Positions 38,058 to 47,791 of a DNA stretch of 64,000 nt are shown here, one piece after another. Position 1 is the stretch's first letter, and each line of letters starts with the position of its first letter. The stretch comes from Bacteroidota bacterium (lineage in GTDB: Bacteria; Bacteroidota; Bacteroidia; Sphingobacteriales; Sphingobacteriaceae), in assembly GCA_048498695.1 (NCBI GenBank), contig JBEHXM010000001.1, positions 19,940 to 83,939 of the forward strand, read 5' to 3'. The translations under genes and the position numbers were made by a program. The notes under the pieces were generated by a model. That model was given only the letters and a program-made list of their open reading frames with translations. It made no database searches and was not told the origin of the DNA.

Positions 38058-38332
38058 TTTTTCTGCACGTATTCGATCCTGCCGTCGCAGGAAAGCACGA
38101 TGTACCCTTTAAAATCTTCAATCGGCCTGAGCAGATGCTGTTCATTTGCGGGAATGTTGATGTTGTCGCCTTTATTCAGCTCGTAGGTCTCATTACCATA
38201 TACAAGCAATGCGCTGCCGGACTCGACAATAAGGAAGGCATCCGAGGTTGCAACATGCCTTGGCATGATCTTGCCCGCAGGGAACTCGACTTTGACAACC
38301 TGGTAATGATCATTGATGATTAACTTCTCCAT
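38054..38332 (-). CDS. Cupin domain protein
   Basis: MPRH...DAFLIVESG and IPANEQH cupin motifs. Confidence 0.8.
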   Translation of the reverse strand: MEKLIINDHYQVVKVEFPAGKIMPRHVATSDAFLIVESGSALLVYGNETYELNKGDNINIPANEQHLLRPIEDFKGYIVLSCDGRIEYVQKN

Positions 38333-38408
38333 TCTTGATATGTATTATATAGAAATAAACTAGCGGGGCCGTGAAAATCTCCATTGCAAATCAGGGCTGT
38401 TAACAGGA

Positions 38409-38504
38409 CAAAAATAAAAGACACTGACGTCCGCAATAGTGACGTCAATCATATTTTAACATGACACCTGTCATACCCCAGGCCTGTAATTAAGAACAAC
38501 TTTG
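38409..38504. promoter_or_regulatory. Bidirectional paired-box promoter (38440, 38462) for cupin and the nos operon
   Basis: TGACGTCAATCA and TGACACCTGTCA; TATTTTTG (minus, 38409-38416) and CAACTTTG (plus, 38497-38504), each 23 nt from its nearer box. Confidence 0.75.
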
Positions 38505-38620
38505 TCTCAAATAAACCAGGTAAGGTTTTAGTATTTAAGCCGCTTCGGGGCCCGTTTGACGCCAAAACTGCTTATCCAAAGCCTGATCGTAAACAATTAA
38601 AAGATTAAAAAATCGTAACG

Positions 38621-39115
38621 ATGAAAAAAAATCACTTATTAGCAGCACTGGCGATCACAATTGTAACCAGTCTCTTCATTTTCGGCTGCGGGGGAGGGAA
38701 CTCCCAGGAGGGCTCGACTGACACCACAGCAAAGGCGGCCAACACTTCGGCCCCGGCCAGTTCCGCGGCTGACGATGCAAAAGGCACCGGTAAATTTACT
38801 GACGTAAAACTAACCCACCCGCTTGACCAGAGCATGGTAAAACAGGGAAGTGCCATTTATGACGTAAAATGCAATGCCTGTCACAAACTTACCGGGGACA
38901 AATTAGTTGGTCCGGGCTGGAAAGGAGTAACTGACAGAAGGAAACCTGAATGGATCATGAACTTCGTAACCAACACGGACGCTATGCTTGAAAAGGATAC
39001 TGCGGCTAAGTCGATGGTTGAAGTGTGTATGGTGCGGATGCCAAACCAGCACCTGTCAGATGATGACGCAAGGCATATCCTGGAATTTATGCGCAATAAC
39101 GACGGCAAAAATTAA
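38621..39115 (+). CDS. Monoheme cytochrome c lipoprotein
   Basis: Lipobox IFGC, CNACH heme motif, VGPGW, RMPNQ axial Met. Confidence 0.92.
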   Translation: MKKNHLLAALAITIVTSLFIFGCGGGNSQEGSTDTTAKAANTSAPASSAADDAKGTGKFTDVKLTHPLDQSMVKQGSAIYDVKCNACHKLTGDKLVGPGWKGVTDRRKPEWIMNFVTNTDAMLEKDTAAKSMVEVCMVRMPNQHLSDDDARHILEFMRNNDGKN

Positions 39116-39145
39116 TTTTCTCTTTATCTCAATTCAATAATTATC

Positions 39146-41125
39146 ATGAACAAATTTTTAATAACGCTAGGGTCGCTTGCAATTATTGCAGGCACCCAAA
39201 GCTGTAAAATGAAAAATGCGGATTCCGTGGTTTCAGGAGACGCGGCCTCAAAGGTCTACGTGGCGCCGGGCAAATACGACGAGTTTTACAACTTCGTATC
39301 CGGTGGCTTCAGCGGCAATGTAACGGTCTATGGTTTACCATCCGGCCGCCTGCTTAAAACCATCCCTGTATTTTCGGTATTTCCGGAGAACGGGTATGGC
39401 TACAGTGAGGAAACCAAACCGATGCTGAACACCAGCAATGGCCCGGTTGCCTGGGATGACCAGCACCACCTGGAGCTGTCACAGACTGACGGCAAGCAGG
39501 ACGGCAGATGGTTGTTTGCCAATGCGAACAATACACCAAGGATTGCCAGGATTGATCTTGCTTCATTCAGGACCGCGGAAATCCTTCAGATCCCTAACAG
39601 CGCCGGTAACCACTCCTCACCATTTACAACTGAGAATACCGAGTATGTGGTGGCAGGTACCCGTTTTTCCGTACCGCTTGGAGATGCAGACGTGCCGATC
39701 AGTTCCTTCAAAAAGAACTTCAAGAGCACCGCCTCATTTATTAAAGTGGATAAAACCACTGGCAATATGAACGTAGCTTTCCAAATCGTTCTTCCAGGCA
39801 TGAACCTTGACCTGAGCCACGCCGGCAAAGGCCCGTCTCACGACTGGTTCTTCTTTTCCTGCTATAATACTGAGCAGGCTTACACGATGCTTGAAGTAAA
39901 TGCTTCCCAAAAAGATAAGGACTTTATTGTCGCTGTCAACTGGAAGAAAGCTGAAGAGTACGCCAATTCAGGAAAAGGCCACAAGATGCCGGCCTCTTAT
40001 GCACATAATACTTACGATGAAACTACTCATACGGCCAAGTCGGTTATTGAGAAGGACGTCCTGGTGTTAGATCCAAAAGATTGCCCTGATATGGTTTACA
40101 TGATCCCTTGTCCTAAGTCACCACACGGCGCCGATGTTGATCCTTCCGGAGAATATATCGTAGGCAGTGGTAAGCTGGCGGCCTTGATCCCTGTGTTTTC
40201 ATTTGAAAAGATCACCAAGGCGATCCAGGATAAGCAGTTCGAAGGCAGTTTCTACGGAATTCCGGTGATCAAATACGAAGCCGCGCTGCACGGAGAAGTG
40301 AAGAAACCAGGCCTGGGCCCTCTGCATACTGAATTTGACGGTAAGGGTAATGCTTATACCTCTATGTTCCTGTCTTCTGAAGTGGTAAAATGGCGCATCA
40401 GCGATTTACAGGTATTGGATAGGGCACCAACCTATTATTCAGTTGGTCACCTGATGATCCCGGGTGGTGATACAAAAAACCCTTCACCCAAATACCTGGT
40501 CGCTTATAATAAAATCACCAAAGACAGGTACCTGCCTACCGGGCCTGAATTGTGCCAATCCGCGCAATTATATGATATCTCAGGCGATAAGATGCAGTTG
40601 ATCCTGGACTTCCCGACGGCGGGCGAGCCGCACTATGGGCAAGCCTGTCCTGCAGCCCTGATCAAGGACAAACAGGTTAAGTTCTACGATATCGCTAAAA
40701 ATAAGAATGAGTTTGTGACGATGGGGGAAAAGAAGGCGAATGTGATCCGTAAAGGAAACCGTGTAGATGTTTACATGACTGCGATCAGATCCCACCTGGT
40801 ACCCGATAATATTGAGGGCGTATATGTGGGTGATGAAATTTATTTCCACGTTACCAACCTCGAACAGGACTGGGATATTCCGCATGGATTCGCAGTTAAG
40901 AACTCAAGTTCTGTTGACTTGCTGATCATGCCGGGCGAAACCCAGACAGTGAAGTTTACCGCACAAAAACAAGGGATCTATCCTTTCTACTGTACAGACT
41001 TCTGTTCTGCCCTTCACCAGGAGATGTCAGGTTACCTGAGAGTATCTCCAAAAGGAAGTAATGTTCCATTAAAGTTCGGAACAAATGTAATTGCACCGGA
41101 AACAGCCGCTGTAGCAACAAAATAA
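39146..41125 (+). CDS. nosZ: Sec-dependent (clade II) nitrous oxide reductase
   Basis: No twin-Arg, lipobox TQSC; DQHH, GNHSS, SPHG, GPLH, VGH CuZ-region His motifs; CuA FYCTDFCSALHQEM. Confidence 0.96.
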   Translation: MNKFLITLGSLAIIAGTQSCKMKNADSVVSGDAASKVYVAPGKYDEFYNFVSGGFSGNVTVYGLPSGRLLKTIPVFSVFPENGYGYSEETKPMLNTSNGPVAWDDQHHLELSQTDGKQDGRWLFANANNTPRIARIDLASFRTAEILQIPNSAGNHSSPFTTENTEYVVAGTRFSVPLGDADVPISSFKKNFKSTASFIKVDKTTGNMNVAFQIVLPGMNLDLSHAGKGPSHDWFFFSCYNTEQAYTMLEVNASQKDKDFIVAVNWKKAEEYANSGKGHKMPASYAHNTYDETTHTAKSVIEKDVLVLDPKDCPDMVYMIPCPKSPHGADVDPSGEYIVGSGKLAALIPVFSFEKITKAIQDKQFEGSFYGIPVIKYEAALHGEVKKPGLGPLHTEFDGKGNAYTSMFLSSEVVKWRISDLQVLDRAPTYYSVGHLMIPGGDTKNPSPKYLVAYNKITKDRYLPTGPELCQSAQLYDISGDKMQLILDFPTAGEPHYGQACPAALIKDKQVKFYDIAKNKNEFVTMGEKKANVIRKGNRVDVYMTAIRSHLVPDNIEGVYVGDEIYFHVTNLEQDWDIPHGFAVKNSSSVDLLIMPGETQTVKFTAQKQGIYPFYCTDFCSALHQEMSGYLRVSPKGSNVPLKFGTNVIAPETAAVATK

Positions 41126-41134
41126 TAATAATCC

Positions 41135-41170
41135 AAAATGGCAATGCCGCACTTGTGGCATTGCCATTTT
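41135..41170 (+). terminator. 14-bp perfect hairpin after nosZ (terminator or mRNA stabiliser)
   Basis: AAAATGGCAATGCC/GGCATTGCCATTTT. Confidence 0.7.
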
Positions 41171-41183
41171 AATCTGATTGATC

Positions 41184-41762
41184 ATGAAAAATTTAACCAT
41201 ACCCGGCAAAGCAAGTATCATAGGAGTGATATTATTTCTTGCTTCCTTGTGGATATTTCCAATGTGGAGAATTGATCTGCGTGCGCCCCAGTATCCTGGC
41301 GGCCTGTCGATGAAAATATGGATCAATGACGTCAAGGGGGATGTGGACATCATCAATGGATTAAACCATTATATAGGGATGAGCACCATCCATAAAAAGG
41401 ATTTCCCTGAGTTCGTATTTCTGCCGTCAACGATGGCCATATTTATGATCCTGGGAGTAGCCGTATTATTCATCAATAAGAAAATAGCCTACTATATCTG
41501 GACGTTGTTGTTTGCATTTATCGGCATATTTTCATTCTATGATTTTTATAAGTGGGAATATAACTACGGTCATAATTTGAACCCTGAGGCACCAATAAAA
41601 GTGCCGGGGATGTCTTACCAGCCGCCCCTTTTCGGGTATAAAAAGCTGCTCAACTTTGAAGTGCTTTCGCAACCGGATATTGCCGGATGGTTTTATATCG
41701 GTGCCGGGGTTATTCTGGTAGCAATAACTATTTATGAATTCAAAAAAAGTCTGGCAAAATGA
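41184..41762 (+). CDS. Clade II nos membrane protein (NosB-like)
   Basis: APQYPGGL, INGLNHYIGM, YNYGHNL, YQPPLFG motifs. Confidence 0.82.
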   Translation: MKNLTIPGKASIIGVILFLASLWIFPMWRIDLRAPQYPGGLSMKIWINDVKGDVDIINGLNHYIGMSTIHKKDFPEFVFLPSTMAIFMILGVAVLFINKKIAYYIWTLLFAFIGIFSFYDFYKWEYNYGHNLNPEAPIKVPGMSYQPPLFGYKKLLNFEVLSQPDIAGWFYIGAGVILVAITIYEFKKSLAK

Positions 41763-42178
41763 AAAAGATCATATTCTTATTACTTGTATGCGGAATTACG
41801 GCATGCAAGAGACAGTTTGAACCTATCAATTATGGACATGAAGCCTGCGCGCATTGCAAAATGACCATCATGGACAAGCGCTTTGCAGCAGAGATATTAA
41901 CCGGCAAGGGCAGGGCCATTAAGTTTGATGATTTAGGTTGTTTGCTGAAATATGTTAAGGACGAACACTTTGCAGATCCTGAAGCTAAATTTTTTGTTGC
42001 GGACTACAATCACCCGGGTGGCGAGTTTTTAGATGCGCGCACAGCGACCTATATCCATAGCGAACAATTGCAATCACCTATGGGCGGTAACTACGCCTCT
42101 TCGGCAACAAATGAATCTGCTAATCAATTGAATGCGTCTTTTAAAGCTGCGCTGTTAACCTGGAATAACCTGAAGTAA
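41759..42178 (+). CDS. nosL: Copper chaperone lipoprotein
   Basis: Lipobox ITAC, CAHCKM, KFDDLGC, SPMGG. Confidence 0.9.
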   Translation: MKKIIFLLLVCGITACKRQFEPINYGHEACAHCKMTIMDKRFAAEILTGKGRAIKFDDLGCLLKYVKDEHFADPEAKFFVADYNHPGGEFLDARTATYIHSEQLQSPMGGNYASSATNESANQLNASFKAALLTWNNLK

Positions 42179-42179
42179 A

Positions 42180-43421
42180 ATGAAAGCCGCCTGCCGCTAT
42201 ATTGCCCTTTTATTTGCCCTGGTATTCTCAGGAACGGCATGCCGTGCTGCGGTTATCCGGGTAAAGCCGGGTTACAACGCCATACACCATGCCATTGCGA
42301 AAGCGAATAAAGGTGATTCGGTACTGATCACACCCGGAGTTTACCGGGAGCATGATATTGCCGTTCAAAAGAGAATAGTAATAACGGGCATATCCTATCC
42401 TGTTATAGATGGCGAAAATAAATACCAGGTCTTTCTGATCCAATGCGATTCTGTAGCCGTCAATGGCCTCCAGATCCAGCATGTTGGAAAAGCAAGTATG
42501 ACCGATATGGCCGGGATCAAAATCATCAATGCGAAAGGCGTTACAGTTGACCATAATAAGCTAGTCAATACCACTTTTGGAGTTTATCTGCAAAACGCAT
42601 CATTTTGTAATATTTCCAACAATATTATCCATAGTGACTCGAAAGACGAACTGAATGGCGGAAACGGAATACATGCCTGGCGGTCCGATCATTTGTCGAT
42701 CACGGGCAATACCATTTCGGGTCAACGGGACGGCATTTATTTTGAATTTGTGACCGAATCGAAAATAATATCGAACCGGTCATTTGGAAATGCCAGGTAT
42801 GGCCTGCATTTCATGTTTTCACATCACGATACTTATACCAAAAATACGTTTAATGATAATGGTGCGGGCGTTGCCGTCATGTACTCTCATGGGGTAAATA
42901 TGAATGATAATGATTTTCTTCATAACTGGGGTGATGCTTCTTATGGCTTGCTGCTGAAGGAAATCACAGATAGCAAAATCTCACATAACCAGTTTATTAA
43001 AAATACTATCGGCCTCCATATGGAAGGTACAACGCGTGTCGACGTGAAACAAAATTTATTCCAGGACAACGGCTGGGCAGCGAGAGTGCAGGCCAGCTGC
43101 AGCGGAAGTAATTTTATACAAAATAATTTTATCGGCAACTCATTCGACATTGCGACGAACGGTACGATGATGCTGAATAATTTCGACAGTAATTATTGGG
43201 ATAAATATGATGGCTACGACCTGAATAAAAATAAGATAGGAGATGTGCCCTATTACCCGGTCAGCGTTTATTCAGTTGTCACGGAAAAAATTCCTTCCGC
43301 TATGATCCTGTATCATAGCCTGCTGACGGATATCATGGACCAGGTGGAGAAAGTCCTGCCAACCATTATTCCCGACAAGCTAAAAGACGACCACCCACTG
43401 ATGAAAAAAATAAAATTATGA
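42180..43421 (+). CDS. nosD: N2O reductase maturation protein
   Basis: CASH/beta-helix repeats, RDGIYFE, RYGLHFMFS, NYWDKY. Confidence 0.93.
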   Translation: MKAACRYIALLFALVFSGTACRAAVIRVKPGYNAIHHAIAKANKGDSVLITPGVYREHDIAVQKRIVITGISYPVIDGENKYQVFLIQCDSVAVNGLQIQHVGKASMTDMAGIKIINAKGVTVDHNKLVNTTFGVYLQNASFCNISNNIIHSDSKDELNGGNGIHAWRSDHLSITGNTISGQRDGIYFEFVTESKIISNRSFGNARYGLHFMFSHHDTYTKNTFNDNGAGVAVMYSHGVNMNDNDFLHNWGDASYGLLLKEITDSKISHNQFIKNTIGLHMEGTTRVDVKQNLFQDNGWAARVQASCSGSNFIQNNFIGNSFDIATNGTMMLNNFDSNYWDKYDGYDLNKNKIGDVPYYPVSVYSVVTEKIPSAMILYHSLLTDIMDQVEKVLPTIIPDKLKDDHPLMKKIKL

Positions 43422-44143
43422 TCTCAATCGCCCACCTCACTAAATCATTTGGAAAGTTCAAGGCGTTGGATAATGTCACCCTTGGATTTGAAAAAGGAAC
43501 GACGATCTCTCTCCTGGGGCCGAACGGTTCAGGGAAAACAACGCTGATCAAATCGATATTAGGCCTTGTCATACCAGAAAGCGGGTCGATAACGATCAAT
43601 GGCGAAGCGATACGTTCCAGCGTAGATTACCGGTCGCGTATAGGCTATATGCCCCAAATCGGACGATATCCCGAGAACATGACTATCAAACAAGTAATCG
43701 GAATGATCAAGGAGATGCGGAAGGATTGCACCGTATATGACAACGACCTGTTGAATGGTTTCGACATTCCAGCGATCCAGCACAAGACGATGCGCAGCCT
43801 CTCCGGTGGTACCCGGCAAAAAGTGAGCGCCTGCCTGGCATTCCTTTTTTCGCCGGATATCTATATCCTTGATGAACCGACTGCGGGGCTTGACCCGGTT
43901 TCGAGTGAGCTGTTAAAAGAAAAAATCCGGAAAGAGCGGGCTAAAGGGAAATTATTCCTGATCACTTCACACGTGTTGAGTGACCTCGATGACATCACCA
44001 CCCATATCGTGTATTTACAGGATGGAAAAGTGATGTTTTATAATGAGGTGGATGAATTGAAACGTTCCACCGGCGAAGAGAAATTAAATAAAGTGATCGC
44101 GACGATCATGCAGGAAGAATTATTAACTGTAGCCACTTACTAA
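43418..44143 (+). CDS. nosF: ABC ATPase of the nos maturation system
   Basis: GPNGSGKTT, LSGGTRQK, LDEPTAGLD; position in the nosDFY run. Confidence 0.88.
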   Translation: MISIAHLTKSFGKFKALDNVTLGFEKGTTISLLGPNGSGKTTLIKSILGLVIPESGSITINGEAIRSSVDYRSRIGYMPQIGRYPENMTIKQVIGMIKEMRKDCTVYDNDLLNGFDIPAIQHKTMRSLSGGTRQKVSACLAFLFSPDIYILDEPTAGLDPVSSELLKEKIRKERAKGKLFLITSHVLSDLDDITTHIVYLQDGKVMFYNEVDELKRSTGEEKLNKVIATIMQEELLTVATY

Positions 44144-44144
44144 A

Positions 44145-44912
44145 ATGAAAACGATCATTAAATACATCCTACTGGATCTGTTTAAAAATAAAACGGTCCT
44201 GGTATACACATTTATACTGGCCGTATTGGCGGTGAGCGTATTGAGCATGAGCGGAAATTCTTCCAAAGGCTTGTTAAGCCTGCTTAACATTACGTTGTTA
44301 TTTGTGCCAATCATCAGCATTCTATTTGCTACGATCTACTTTTTTAATTCGATGGAGTTTATTGAGCTGCTGCTGGCCCAGCCAGTGAGGCGGAGGACTA
44401 TGATCCTTGCCGAATTTACAGGTGTTGCATCTGCGTTGTGCATAGCTTACCTGCTGGGCGTAGGCTTGCCGTCGATCCTGCTGAATTACAGCATCGCATC
44501 GATCACTCTAATCTTCAGCGGAATATTCCTTACCCTGATATTTACGGCTATAGCGCTCTTTATTTTTGTATTATTTAAAGACAAAACCAAAGGCATCGGT
44601 GCGGCAATCATCACCGCTTTGTTTTTTACCCTGTTGTTTGACGGTCTGTTACTTTCATTTATTTATTCGTTCAGCGAGTACCCGATTGACAAACCACTGC
44701 TCGGGCTGATCTCTTTTAACCCGGTTGACCTCGGCAGGATTTTGGTATTACTGCAACTGGATGTGGCGGTCATGATGGGTTATTCCGGTGCTTTATTTAA
44801 GGAGTTTATGGGTTCGGTCATCGGCAGCGTCTATACTTTAACCTGCATGTCCCTTTGGATAATTGTTCCTTTGACTGCTTCCATCAGAAAGTTTAAAAGA
44901 AAAGACTTATAA
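44145..44912 (+). CDS. nosY: ABC permease of the nos maturation system
   Basis: EFIELLLAQPVRR, FNPVDLGR; position after nosF. Confidence 0.88.
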   Translation: MKTIIKYILLDLFKNKTVLVYTFILAVLAVSVLSMSGNSSKGLLSLLNITLLFVPIISILFATIYFFNSMEFIELLLAQPVRRRTMILAEFTGVASALCIAYLLGVGLPSILLNYSIASITLIFSGIFLTLIFTAIALFIFVLFKDKTKGIGAAIITALFFTLLFDGLLLSFIYSFSEYPIDKPLLGLISFNPVDLGRILVLLQLDVAVMMGYSGALFKEFMGSVIGSVYTLTCMSLWIIVPLTASIRKFKRKDL

Positions 44913-44950
44913 TCCCCAAACGTTTCGTCAGGTACTCCAGGATACAACAA

Positions 44951-45307
44951 TTAAATACCTTCGTAAATAATCCCGGAGGTTGGCGTTTCCTTCAACTCTA
45001 TGCGTTTTAGCGCAGGCAGGCCAGGCTTTACCTTGTTCCATATCCACACTGAAAGCAATTCTGCGGTCGGGTTCTCCAGGCCCGGAATATTGTTTAAGAG
45101 GTGATGATCAAGTGTATCGAGGACGGGTTTCATCAGGGCCTTGATATCGCCAAAATCCAGCACCCATCCTTCTTTGTCCAGGACGGCGCCTTCAATATAC
45201 AATGTTAAATGATAGGTATGGCCGTGCATCTCCCGGCATTTATGGCCATCAGGTACATTCGGCAGAAAATGGGCCGAGTCAAAAGTAAATTGTTTATAAA
45301 TAAGCAT
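44951..45307 (-). CDS. queD: 6-carboxy-5,6,7,8-tetrahydropterin synthase
   Basis: FDSAHFL, KCREMHGHTY, LDHHLLN, ENPTAE, ETPTS. Confidence 0.92.
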   Translation of the reverse strand: MLIYKQFTFDSAHFLPNVPDGHKCREMHGHTYHLTLYIEGAVLDKEGWVLDFGDIKALMKPVLDTLDHHLLNNIPGLENPTAELLSVWIWNKVKPGLPALKRIELKETPTSGIIYEGI

Positions 45308-45339
45308 GGGTGTTTAAATATTTAGAAATAGGGGGAGTA

Positions 45340-45672
45340 CTACCAGCCTAGCTCTTTCCGGCCGTCTTCGCTGATCTTGTCAGCGGACCATTCAGGTTCA
45401 AAGGTGAGGTTGATGCGGATCTCATAACCGGGGCAGGCTTCTTTACCCATTATGGCAACACTGCCCCTGATGTATTCACCCGCCGGGCAGGCGGGCGTTG
45501 AGAGTGTCATGGTGATCTCCGCTACTCGGTTAGCTTTATCGATCTCAATACCATAGATCAGACCCAGATCAACAATATTGAGTTCAAGCTCCGGGTCACG
45601 CACGAGTGAAAGCAGTTGCAGAAGACGTATTTTTTCCTCGTAACAGGGGTCAAATATTGCGATATCTTTCAT
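45340..45672 (-). CDS. DUF59 / SufT-like metal-sulfur cluster assembly factor
   Basis: DPELELNIVDLGLIY, TLSTPACP, FEPEW motifs. Confidence 0.88.
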   Translation of the reverse strand: MKDIAIFDPCYEEKIRLLQLLSLVRDPELELNIVDLGLIYGIEIDKANRVAEITMTLSTPACPAGEYIRGSVAIMGKEACPGYEIRINLTFEPEWSADKISEDGRKELGW

Positions 45673-46924
45673 TTCTTAATTGATTAACGACGTTAAAAGT
45701 ATGCCAGCAGTAAATGATGGATGCTGCTATCATCATCGTGCAGCCCGGATACATCAGGTATCCCGACCGGATGACAATACCGCTTAGGAAAAGAAGAAAC
45801 CCCGGGAGGTAAAGCGCAAGCTGGAGCATAACCAGTTGTTCATAATAAAGGTCTTTTGGCTGAAGCGCCGCTAAACGATCAGGTTTTGTTAAATGCATCC
45901 ATATAATAAAGGGCAAGGTTTTAAATGTCTGCCCCATGATGAGCGTGGTGATAAATCCCCCGAAAAATGAATACCCGTAAGCTGTGATCATAGCCACCGG
46001 CGCACTTCTGGAATGCAAAAGATAGGCCAGCATGATAAGTCCTGGCAGCGCAATCGAGCCAATGGCAACGAAAGTCACTTTCATGCCGGCATCCATTTTC
46101 TTCCGAATAGCGCTTTTATAACATTGCCATATATAACACAGGTAACAAAAGATCCCCAGGCCGACCAGGGAAATATACCAGATGGTTCCGTGGCTGGAAC
46201 GCAGTACGAGCCCTTCGATTAAAAAAAGAACAAGCCCTGAGTTGATCAGGTAATAGGCTAGCGTCAGGAAAGTTTTTACCTCCTTCCTGCTAAGCAGGAA
46301 CATGGGCACGAGCCGGGAACTGACACCAATGACCAGTAACAAAAACCAGCCGGCCATTCCAATACTTGCATGCACCTTCAGGTAATGCAGGTGATCTTCC
46401 GGGAGGAAACTTAACCTGAAATTAAATAAGAGGGTGATTCCGGCGATGGCAGTCAAGACCAGCCAGATATGTGCAGTCAGGATAAAGTCTATCGTGATAT
46501 TCCTGAGTGGGGAACGGCTTGCGGTAAGACAAATGTTGACCGAATGCAGCAGTAGAGCGGTCAGAATAGCAAACGCCCCTGCAAATATCGGCCAGGTTAA
46601 TTCAAAGTTCCAGAAGGAATGAACCAAAAGGCAGGTACCCAATATCAAAAAAACAAAAGCAATAACGGGCAACCGCTCACTATAGAGCCGGGTGTCTGCA
46701 ATAACGGGCATCAGCTGGTTACTCGCCCCAAGGATGATCATAGTGCCCCATCCAAACACAGTCAGATGGGTGATTGCAAGGAGGTGCGGCTGAAAAAAAT
46801 GCCCGGAAAAATCCCGGATGGTATACAGGGCCATCAGGCTGATGATCACCAGGCAACAAGCCGCTGTTAAATAATAGGGCAGGATGGCTGCTTTGCCCGG
46901 TATGTGTCGTTCAGATAAGTTCAT
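45650..46924 (-). CDS. Polytopic membrane protein with His motifs (NnrS / oxidase-subunit-I-like)
   Basis: THLTVFGW and VHASIGMAGW; roughly 12 hydrophobic segments; family by inference. Confidence 0.65.
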   Translation of the reverse strand: MNLSERHIPGKAAILPYYLTAACCLVIISLMALYTIRDFSGHFFQPHLLAITHLTVFGWGTMIILGASNQLMPVIADTRLYSERLPVIAFVFLILGTCLLVHSFWNFELTWPIFAGAFAILTALLLHSVNICLTASRSPLRNITIDFILTAHIWLVLTAIAGITLLFNFRLSFLPEDHLHYLKVHASIGMAGWFLLLVIGVSSRLVPMFLLSRKEVKTFLTLAYYLINSGLVLFLIEGLVLRSSHGTIWYISLVGLGIFCYLCYIWQCYKSAIRKKMDAGMKVTFVAIGSIALPGLIMLAYLLHSRSAPVAMITAYGYSFFGGFITTLIMGQTFKTLPFIIWMHLTKPDRLAALQPKDLYYEQLVMLQLALYLPGFLLFLSGIVIRSGYLMYPGCTMMIAASIIYCWHTFNVVNQLRNERYRNI

Positions 46925-46931
46925 TCAATGA

Positions 46932-47744
46932 TTAGTTGCACACGTAGGAAGGATAGATAAGGATAATGACCTCAGATTCCATTTTCCGGTAGACGTAACT
47001 GAAATTTCTTTCTTTCAGTTCCGGCAGAAGGTATATCGGAATCCTTTTGTGCCGAACATACAAGGCCTCCCAGCTTTGCAGGTGCTGCAACTCATCTAAA
47101 ATGGTGATCATGGGTTTTGGCATTTCCATTTCCCGTACATCGACCTCGGTAAACTTTAAATTATAGTGCTGCAGAATGGTGTCAAATAATTGCGGGTCTT
47201 CGGCAGTTGCAGGCTTTGTTTCCTCCAGGCTGCCGGTGACGTTATTGTTTGTTATATAGGTGCAGACCAAATCAGGTTGTTTTTTTGAAACGGTGATCAC
47301 AAAGCCCTTAGCTTTCAGGAGCCGGATAAGTGGTGCCGGTTCAAACGAGTTAATGACCAGCATCGTTTCATTTGGCTTAACCATCGACAGCTTTTTCAAA
47401 ATGGCGTTCAAAGGATCTTCTCCCGCTGCCAGTTGGGGCCTTGCGTCGTGTGAGATTACCAGGTTGATAGCCACGCCCCTTTCAGGTGCAGGCGCCGCAG
47501 CTTCAAACTCCGATTGGCCGGGTTTGATATCGAATCCGATAGATGCCAGGTTCTCCATAATTTTCTCGACCGGGCATTCCCCGATGGACGCTGCTTCAGC
47601 AATGGTCACACGGGGTGCCAGCAACCGCCGCAGGAACGGGTTCTTCAATTTCTTAAAATGTGCACTGAGGGAGATCAGGGTGTCGATCGCCTGGGGATTG
47701 TCTTTGATGATATCGCCTATTTTGGTTGCCGGTGTGATGGTCAT
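46932..47744 (-). CDS. DUF1858/DUF2249-like multi-domain protein
   Basis: N-terminal KLKNPFLRRLLAPRVTI; two SirA-like modules (HDARP...INSFEPAPL; DVREMEMPKPM...HKRIP). Confidence 0.72.
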   Translation of the reverse strand: MTITPATKIGDIIKDNPQAIDTLISLSAHFKKLKNPFLRRLLAPRVTIAEAASIGECPVEKIMENLASIGFDIKPGQSEFEAAAPAPERGVAINLVISHDARPQLAAGEDPLNAILKKLSMVKPNETMLVINSFEPAPLIRLLKAKGFVITVSKKQPDLVCTYITNNNVTGSLEETKPATAEDPQLFDTILQHYNLKFTEVDVREMEMPKPMITILDELQHLQSWEALYVRHKRIPIYLLPELKERNFSYVYRKMESEVIILIYPSYVCN

Positions 47745-47761
47745 ATCGTAAAATTTAAGGA

Positions 47762-47783
47762 AAGCCGGTCATGCCACCGGCTT
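47762..47783 (-). terminator. Hairpin after ric
   Basis: AAGCCGGT/ACCGGCTT stem. Confidence 0.5.
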
Positions 47784-47791
47784 AATCCAGG

